This document shows positions 57,596 to 64,000 of a stretch of 64,000 bases of DNA, in pieces. The notes beneath the pieces are model-generated. The model searched no databases. It saw only the letters and a program-made list of their open reading frames with translations, and was not told the origin of the DNA. The stretch is from a virus: positions 9,227-73,226 of IMG/VR virus record IMGVR_UViG_3300028556_000001; one strand, given 5' to 3'. The translations under genes and the position numbers were made by a program. How positions within the stretch are numbered: position 1 is the first letter of the stretch; each line of letters starts with the position of its first letter.

Positions 57596-59442
57596 ACGCC
57601 TTCGACATCGCCCAGCAGCTTAATGGCCGCGCCCTAGAGGTCTGCCAAGCCCTACTACCCAATGGGGTCAAGAAGGGCCGAGAATGGCTTGTGGGCGGCG
57701 TTTCCGGGGAATCCGGGGAAAGTCTCAAGATTGTGGTCGAAGGGGCCAAGGCGGGCCATTGGAACGACTTTGCGGGGGGTTCTGGCAGCAAGGGTAAGTC
57801 GCTTTTGACGCTTTGGCGGGATGTGAGGTGTCCGGGTGACATGAAAGAGGCGGTTAAACAGGCCAAAGAGTTTCTGGGCATCAAAGACGACCTCTCGAAA
57901 CATTTTCACAAAGACAAACCCTTTTGGCGCGTGCCCGACAAGGCCAGAGTCCGCAATCTGGTGGAAAAGTCGGAGGTGCAAAAATACCTCACGGAAGAAC
58001 GGGGCATCGGCGACGACATCCTGAAACTTTACAAGGTTGTCGAGGCCAAGGACGGGAAGGGCTATGTTTTCCCCTACTTCGAGGGCGAGCAGCTTTGCAT
58101 GTTGAAAACCGTGAAGTTGGAGCGGACAGAGAAAGGCAAAAAGCAAACTTTCGTCGAACCCGACGGTCTTCCCTGCCTGTTTGGGAAAAATACCGTCAGT
58201 GCGGACAAGGACTTTGTGGTCATCACAGAGGGGGAGATTGACGCAATGACTTGGCGAGCCGCTGGATACCATGCCGTCAGCATTCCGATGGGCGTCAAGA
58301 ACGAGAAGTGGATTGAACTGGACTGGGAATGGCTGGAGCGATTCGAGCGCATCTACATTTCATTCGATGCCGACCCCGAGGGCCAGATTGCCGCCACGTC
58401 TGCCTCGGAAAGGCTTGGACGCGAACGCTGCTACAAGGTCACGCTCCCCGGCAAGGACGCGAACGCCATTTGGATGGATGGAATAACCGAATTTGGGCAA
58501 TATCTTGCCTCAGCCGAACTAATTACACCTCCAGAATTGGAGAAATTCTTCGATAATCAAGAGGCTTTGGAACGCGAGATTTACCACGAAAATGAGTCGC
58601 CAAAGGGCATTTCCCTGCCGTGGAAGCTTCCCCTGCGAATCCGCCGACGAGAAAACACCATCGTCACGGGATACTCCGGCCACGGGAAAAGCCAATGGCT
58701 GCTCGAAACCGCCATTCACCTTCAAGCGCAAGGAGAAATCGGCTTTATCGCTTCAATGGAAGTGGATACCAACACCTGTAAGTCCCAGATGGTGCAAATC
58801 GCGTGTGGAAATGAAACGCCGCCAAAGGAGGAATTTGAAAACCTCAAGCGGTCGGGAATTTGCGACTTCGTTTTCTACAACACTTGCGGAAAAGTGAGTT
58901 GGAAGAAGCTACTGGAACTCTATCGCTTTGCCGTCAAACGCTACGGCGTGACTTTTGCCATTCTGGACAGCTTCTTGCTGTGCGGAGTCTCTGGCGACGA
59001 CTACGAGGCACAGGATGAGTTCATGCGGAACATCCAAATAACCGCCAAGGACACGAACACCCATATTTTTGTCGTCTGCCATGCCCGCAAAAGAGACTCC
59101 AATGACGGCGAATCCAAGATGCCCCAAAAGGTTGAGGTGCGGGGCGCGGGAGGGTTGACTGACTTGGCCTTTAACGTTATCTCCGTTTGGCGAGACGTGG
59201 GTAGAATCGAGAAAGAAGAAAGATACAAGTCCATCAACGATGTCGCCGCGCTTTTGGCTCTGGCAAATTCGCCGGACGCCAAGGTCGGACTCCTGAAGCA
59301 GAAAAACGGGAAGGGGAAGGAGCGTGGGGCGTTGGGGTTGGTGCAACTTTTCTTCCATCAGGCAAGCGGCCAATTTCACGAAAGCAAGAACATCGGAGCT
59401 AGAAAGTATTTCCCACACGTCAAGCCCGTGGAATACACTTGA
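57592..59442 (+). CDS. T7 gp4 / Twinkle-like primase-helicase
   Basis: YLTEERGI, ITEGEIDAM, FDADPEG, GKDAN (Toprim); TGYSGHGKS Walker A, SME, ILDS, VCHARK, RGAGGL (SF4 helicase). Confidence 0.93.
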   Translation: MNAFDIAQQLNGRALEVCQALLPNGVKKGREWLVGGVSGESGESLKIVVEGAKAGHWNDFAGGSGSKGKSLLTLWRDVRCPGDMKEAVKQAKEFLGIKDDLSKHFHKDKPFWRVPDKARVRNLVEKSEVQKYLTEERGIGDDILKLYKVVEAKDGKGYVFPYFEGEQLCMLKTVKLERTEKGKKQTFVEPDGLPCLFGKNTVSADKDFVVITEGEIDAMTWRAAGYHAVSIPMGVKNEKWIELDWEWLERFERIYISFDADPEGQIAATSASERLGRERCYKVTLPGKDANAIWMDGITEFGQYLASAELITPPELEKFFDNQEALEREIYHENESPKGISLPWKLPLRIRRRENTIVTGYSGHGKSQWLLETAIHLQAQGEIGFIASMEVDTNTCKSQMVQIACGNETPPKEEFENLKRSGICDFVFYNTCGKVSWKKLLELYRFAVKRYGVTFAILDSFLLCGVSGDDYEAQDEFMRNIQITAKDTNTHIFVVCHARKRDSNDGESKMPQKVEVRGAGGLTDLAFNVISVWRDVGRIEKEERYKSINDVAALLALANSPDAKVGLLKQKNGKGKERGALGLVQLFFHQASGQFHESKNIGARKYFPHVKPVEYT

Positions 59443-59474
59443 CCCCAAGGGCTTGCCGCGCAGAATGATGCGCC

Positions 59475-59648
59475 ATGAGTAAGCCGCATGGTTTTTCTAA
59501 CGTAGCCCATAGCATTTCGCTGCATGATGGTGTGTCAATGGATGCCGCTCGCAGGATACTGGCCTCATCGTCTCGCCATGCGAGTAAGGCAGCCGTCAGA
59601 AAGAACCCCGCCCTCCTTCGTGTAAAGCGCAGCCCCGGCAGCAAGTAA
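59475..59648 (+). CDS. Small basic protein, 57 aa (absent from the ORF track)
   Basis: MSKPHGFSNVAHSISLHDGVSMDAARRILASSSRHASKAAVRKNPALLRVKRSPGSK*; fills the gap and ends 6 nt before portal. Confidence 0.7.
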   Translation: MSKPHGFSNVAHSISLHDGVSMDAARRILASSSRHASKAAVRKNPALLRVKRSPGSK

Positions 59649-59654
59649 GCCCCG

Positions 59655-61847
59655 ATGTCCAACGCGAGTTTGATGTCTCCGCCCTCTCCGGCCCCGCCAC
59701 CCAACGGGCCGTATCCTTCCGACACCCCAGTCGGCCCGAAGCTCGACCCGGAGACGCTGGAGCAGACGAATCTTGAGGTCAAAGACGCGATACAGGCGTG
59801 GAACATCTGCCGCTCAGTGGAGTGGGCTACGCGGGCGCAAATCAAGACGGCAGCCGCCATTCGCAGGGTGATAGACGGCGCACCGCCCCTGTCTGTGGAG
59901 TCCCTGCGCCAAGCCGGAAACGCATGGCAATCCAACGTCAATACCGGCTTCCTCGACACCGTGTTGCAAAAGGTGTATCCCAAGCTCTACATGCGGATTA
60001 AGTCCTGCATGTATTTAACCGCCGCCGCGCTCCCTGACGATTGGCCGGGCGCAGTCGAGAAGACGGAGATTTTCCGCCGCATCACCACCAAGGCAATCCG
60101 CGCATGGCCGGGCTGGAACATCTTTCTCCAAGGTCTGTGCAAAGAGGTCTGCCAAACGGGTTACGCCTTCCCGGTCTGGCCGGACAAGACGGATTGGAAG
60201 CCCAAAATGTATCGGGTGGACGAGTGCTTTATCCCGCAGGGCACGCCCATCCTCTTCCAAGACATGCAGTATTTCCCCTTCCGCACGGATTGGGATGTCT
60301 TTGACCTCATCAACCGGATAATTCCTTTCCCTGACAACATTGAAGCCTCGCGCAAGATGGCGGAGCAGGCCGGGTGGGAAGTGGATGCGTGTGTGGCGGC
60401 TATCAATTCGGCGCGGCCCAAGTCACGGGCCACCACGGGCCTTGAAACCGACGTGCTGCGCTACCAAGACTTGATTCGTGAGCGCATCCCGGTCTCCTCC
60501 TACCAAAAGGCGTGGAATGTGGTGCAAACCTACACCTTGAACTACAAGGAGAAGGACGGGGAAATCTCGACGTGGATTCTGGAGTATTACACGGGAGCCT
60601 GCCTCTACTACAACAAGAGTAAGATGTGGCGCATGGAAGACCTGATTGTGCCCACGGTTTTCCAGTATGGCACGGGCAAGGTTTACTCGTCTTCCGGGGT
60701 GGGTCAACTTCTCTACAACCAGCAGGCGCAAATTGAACGTTCCCGCAATCGGGCGTGGGATAATCTGGCGATGGCGGGCAAGCCGCTATTCAAAGTTGCC
60801 GACGCCGATAATCTCGACCGCCTGAAACTGACCGTGCAAACCACGGCCACGGCCTTCACTGGCGGCGATTACGTCCAGACACCATCGCTCAATGGCAACA
60901 CGCAAGCCTACATGGAATTGGATGAGCGTTGGGGGCAGATTGCCGACCAGCGGGTGGGAGCTTTCATGCCAGTGGCGATGCAGGGTTCGGACACCCAGAC
61001 AGCAACCGCCGCCCAAATCAACGCCTTAAAGGAAGGAGAGACTGCCAACGTCAACCTCGACAATTTCCTGACCCAGATGCAGATGATTACCGGGGTCATC
61101 ACCCGCCGGATGTTCAGCCCGTTTGTGCGCTCGAAGGAGGCGATGCTGGCGAAGGCCGCTCTTCAGAAAGCCGGACTTACTTCCCTCGAAGTCAACATGC
61201 TGGCGTTTGAGCCGCCTTCCGAGAATTTGGTGGACTTTGGCGGGGAGCAGGAGAAGAAACTGGAGGCCGCACTGATGGCGATTATCTCCAACCCCCAAGC
61301 CGCGCAGGTATTCGACCAGACGAAAGCCGCCATCATGCTCATGCAGTTGCAAATCGGCCCCCAGAAGACCGCCACGCTCACCCTGAATCCCACCGGGCCG
61401 ACCATGCAGGCCCAAAACACCTCCAAGCAGCTTTTCGAGAACCCCCTCCTCGCCTCCGGCCAATCCATGCCCATCGCCCCAAACGACGCCGACGAGGTTC
61501 ACATGGGCATCATCCAAGGCCAGCAAGACCCGCAGACAGGCCAGTGGCAGAACCCCATCACACAAGCTCTCTCGCAGGGGAATATCGCCGGAGCCTCGGC
61601 CCTCCTTCAGCACTACGCCGGGCACATCCAGAACGGCCAGCGGAAGAACGAACTCGGCCTGCCGGAAAATAATTACAAGCAGTTCCTTGCACAAATGGAA
61701 AAACTGGTTATGGTAGCTACCCAACAGGTGCAGCACGCGCAAGCGACCGCCGCCGCCCAAGCCGGACTGATTCACCCTTCGCAAATCCCGCCGCCACCCC
61801 AGCCGCCTCCGGCTCCACAACCACCGACTCTCGCGCAACAGGTTTAG
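59655..61847 (+). CDS. Portal protein
   Basis: 730 aa; SSGVGQLLYNQQAQIERSRNRAWDN, QTATAAQI motif, Gln/Pro-rich barrel-like C-terminus as in P22-type portals. Confidence 0.8.
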   Translation: MSNASLMSPPSPAPPPNGPYPSDTPVGPKLDPETLEQTNLEVKDAIQAWNICRSVEWATRAQIKTAAAIRRVIDGAPPLSVESLRQAGNAWQSNVNTGFLDTVLQKVYPKLYMRIKSCMYLTAAALPDDWPGAVEKTEIFRRITTKAIRAWPGWNIFLQGLCKEVCQTGYAFPVWPDKTDWKPKMYRVDECFIPQGTPILFQDMQYFPFRTDWDVFDLINRIIPFPDNIEASRKMAEQAGWEVDACVAAINSARPKSRATTGLETDVLRYQDLIRERIPVSSYQKAWNVVQTYTLNYKEKDGEISTWILEYYTGACLYYNKSKMWRMEDLIVPTVFQYGTGKVYSSSGVGQLLYNQQAQIERSRNRAWDNLAMAGKPLFKVADADNLDRLKLTVQTTATAFTGGDYVQTPSLNGNTQAYMELDERWGQIADQRVGAFMPVAMQGSDTQTATAAQINALKEGETANVNLDNFLTQMQMITGVITRRMFSPFVRSKEAMLAKAALQKAGLTSLEVNMLAFEPPSENLVDFGGEQEKKLEAALMAIISNPQAAQVFDQTKAAIMLMQLQIGPQKTATLTLNPTGPTMQAQNTSKQLFENPLLASGQSMPIAPNDADEVHMGIIQGQQDPQTGQWQNPITQALSQGNIAGASALLQHYAGHIQNGQRKNELGLPENNYKQFLAQMEKLVMVATQQVQHAQATAAAQAGLIHPSQIPPPPQPPPAPQPPTLAQQV

Positions 61848-61850
61848 CCC

Positions 61851-62117
61851 ATGTCCCAACTGGAAGAAACAACCTACGCGCTCTCCAAGGTAGAGCGGCT
61901 GGAAATTTACCAATTCCTCAACACGGTTGCCGGAAAGAAGCTCACGGCCCTTGCGCGACTCGCCACTCCCCGCGACACTTCCAATAATCACGATGATGAT
62001 GGCCCGATGTTTAATCGGGGATACGGTTGGCACAAGTGCATCGAGTTTATCTTCGACCAAGTGAAAACCATTTCTCCCGAAAAAGAAAAACCTCCGCAAC
62101 TCGAACCCGCTGAATAA
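61851..62117 (+). CDS. Small protein between portal and scaffold
   Basis: FLNTVAGKKL...GYGW pattern, typical podophage position. Confidence 0.65.
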   Translation: MSQLEETTYALSKVERLEIYQFLNTVAGKKLTALARLATPRDTSNNHDDDGPMFNRGYGWHKCIEFIFDQVKTISPEKEKPPQLEPAE

Positions 62118-62119
62118 TC

Positions 62120-63673
62120 ATGTCCGACACCGCCACTGTTGACGCCCCGCCGCCCGCCGCAGCTTCTCCGGCTGCTCCGCATCCCATGACGCCCCCCCCG
62201 GCTCCCATGCAGGGGTCGTCATCGTCCACGCCGTCCTCCGGCAATCGTGAATCTGTGCTGAAGAACGACCTGATGGACAAGATTCGTCAGGCAGCGGAGA
62301 AGAAGGTGGCGCAGGGACAGCCCGACAAAATCCCCCAAGGCGTCAAGGAATCGCTCAGGATTGACCCCGCGCCCCCGCCGCCCAAGCCCGCGCCCCTCCA
62401 ATCCGCGCCAAAATCCGCCGAATCCACTCCCTCAACCATCCCCGCCCTCCCTAAGCGGCCTACCGAAGACAAAAACGGCCCTCTGGGACTTGCCGGCCTG
62501 CTTGACCCTCCCGCCACACCTCCAAAGGCTCCCGACGCGCCTGCGGCCACGCCAGAGGCCAAATCCGAGGAATACACGGTGGCGAATGCCTTGGCCGATG
62601 CCCAAGCCCAACTCGACAACCCTCACACGGGCAGCCGCAACCGCAAGCTGGCGGAAAAGATGCTGGAAACCAACCGCGCCTATCAGGAAAGCCTCGGCAA
62701 GTTACAGGAACGGGAGAAAGCCGTCAAAGACCTTGAAACCAAGCTGGCGGAAAAGGCCACTCTCGCCGAACTGCCGGAGGACGTGAAGAAAAAGGTGGAA
62801 CTCGCCCAAATGTATGAACGCCGCTACGAATTGGAGTCCTCGCCGGATGTGAAGGAGAAATTCGACAACGTGATAGACGGCCACCAAGGAGCTATTTACG
62901 ACGGCCTGATGAAGCTGGGAATGCCCAAGGACATCATTGACACCATGAAGGCCAATGGCGGATTTGACGGCTGGATGCAGTCCGCGCCCCAAGCCTACCA
63001 GTTGCTCAAGGAGCAGATTGACAACGCGCCCAACGCCGCCGCCATCAATCAATTCCTGACGGGCCATCTGTCCTCCATCTATTCCCGCAGGCTGGAGCGA
63101 AAGTCCTACATTGACGCCGAATCCGCCAGGGCCGGGGAGAAAATCAAGGAACACGAGCAATCAGTGAAGAAGGAGCGGGAGCAGAGTTTGACCTCTTCGC
63201 TTGACCGCCAGAAGAAGAACCAACAGTTGCTCGCGGCCCTCAAGACCCAGCATCCGGCCCTCCAGCGTAGGGAGATTCCCAAGGATGCCGACGATGCCAC
63301 GCGCATGACCTTCCAGCGCGAGCACGATTTTCAGCAGAACATGGAAACCTTGTTCCAGAGGGGCCTTGAGGGCGACCCCAAGGCACAGGAGGTTATCGCG
63401 CAGTCCGCGCTCGATTCCGTCATTCTCCGCATCGAACTCCAACGGGCGAACCACTACATCCAGCAAATCGAAACCGCCTACCAAGGATTGACCGCCGCCT
63501 CACCCAAGCCCCCGGCACACGTCCAGCGAGTGAACGAGGATGTGCGCGAGCCACCCAAGCAGGACAAGCAATTCTCACTCACTCCCGACCAAGTGAAGTT
63601 CGGGGGCACCAGTGATTCCCTGCTCGACCCGCTGAAGGCCCGTGCCCGTGAGATTTCCGCCAACCGCCAGTAA
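62120..63673 (+). CDS. Probable capsid scaffolding protein
   Basis: Pro-rich disordered N-terminus plus long charged coiled coils; after portal. Confidence 0.65.
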   Translation: MSDTATVDAPPPAAASPAAPHPMTPPPAPMQGSSSSTPSSGNRESVLKNDLMDKIRQAAEKKVAQGQPDKIPQGVKESLRIDPAPPPPKPAPLQSAPKSAESTPSTIPALPKRPTEDKNGPLGLAGLLDPPATPPKAPDAPAATPEAKSEEYTVANALADAQAQLDNPHTGSRNRKLAEKMLETNRAYQESLGKLQEREKAVKDLETKLAEKATLAELPEDVKKKVELAQMYERRYELESSPDVKEKFDNVIDGHQGAIYDGLMKLGMPKDIIDTMKANGGFDGWMQSAPQAYQLLKEQIDNAPNAAAINQFLTGHLSSIYSRRLERKSYIDAESARAGEKIKEHEQSVKKEREQSLTSSLDRQKKNQQLLAALKTQHPALQRREIPKDADDATRMTFQREHDFQQNMETLFQRGLEGDPKAQEVIAQSALDSVILRIELQRANHYIQQIETAYQGLTAASPKPPAHVQRVNEDVREPPKQDKQFSLTPDQVKFGGTSDSLLDPLKARAREISANRQ

Positions 63674-63728
63674 TTCACCATCCCCCCATTGACACTCCCC
63701 CAAACATGGGCGACTGTCGCCACACCTT

Positions 63729-64000
63729 ATGAGCAAAACGCAAATCGTCGTCATCACGCACGGCCTGAACCGCACCAACTACACCATGCTCCTGCCCTAC
63801 TGGGAGCACGCCGGAGAATCGGTGCTGGCCTTCTTCCCTGAGTTCACCACGCCGGAACAACCAGCCTCATTCGAGGTTCCGTATGCGCTCTCCAACGGGT
63901 CAGCCAAGCGCGGTGACGCCCTTTCCGCCACGAGATTCAAATGGCTGATTGACGAACTCGCCAAATCCACCCCCTACGACAACTATCTGCTTGTCCGCGA
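63729..64000 (+). CDS. N-terminal part of a hypothetical protein (possibly glycosyltransferase-like), truncated by the window end
   Basis: MSKTQIVVITHGLNRTNYTMLLPYWEH... open to 64000. Confidence 0.5.
   Translation, partial: MSKTQIVVITHGLNRTNYTMLLPYWEHAGESVLAFFPEFTTPEQPASFEVPYALSNGSAKRGDALSATRFKWLIDELAKSTPYDNYLLVR

Larger units (their letters stand above)
1..64000. other. Tailed dsDNA phage/prophage genome (podovirus-like), incomplete at both window edges
   Basis: Terminase, portal, scaffold, capsid, nozzle and ejection-type genes plus primase-helicase, SSB, exonuclease and many small hypothetical ORFs; no host housekeeping genes outside IS cargo. Confidence 0.93.

Noticed and set aside
1-64000. 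Stop-codon recoding, suggested by the TTA reading of the tRNA-like element
   Set aside because: Core genes are full-length in the standard code and TAA, TAG and TGA all act as coupled stops
1-64000. Complete circular genome or terminal repeats
   Set aside because: Both ends fall inside different ORFs and share no sequence

Overview
The window is most of a tailed dsDNA phage or prophage genome of podovirus-like architecture; both edges fall inside genes. It has a major capsid gene (5927-7165), LamG and Ig-like virion proteins, adaptor/nozzle genes and three ejection-type genes ending in a 2197-aa polyvalent protein with kinase and HExxH domains. It also has SSB, a PD-(D/E)xK exonuclease, an HNH nuclease, terminase, a replication protein, a T7 gp4-like primase-helicase, portal and scaffold. 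I see no DNA polymerase, integrase, endolysin or CRISPR array. The host cannot be read from the sequence; a PVC-group (Verrucomicrobia-like) host is only a weak inference. The clearest anomaly is four related cargo-carrying IS1-family-like elements with 17-18 bp terminal inverted repeats (TIRs). Two are intact and nested (27878-34038 with an 8-bp target-site duplication (TSD); 30079-33106 with a 9-bp TSD), and the outer one splits a TopoVI-A/Toprim-like phage gene. Two are non-autonomous and have lost almost all of their transposase (608-2746; 44481-45773). Their cargo includes an intact-looking trpC, a DinD-like gene, winged-helix genes, membrane proteins and a degenerate tRNA. Other candidates are a small RNA plus a ~600-nt structured RNA (35080-35818), a structured capsid leader, a RusA-like locus split over two frames, a repeated promoter motif and a possible ori/pac region. 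All family assignments come from motif recognition by eye, not database searches.
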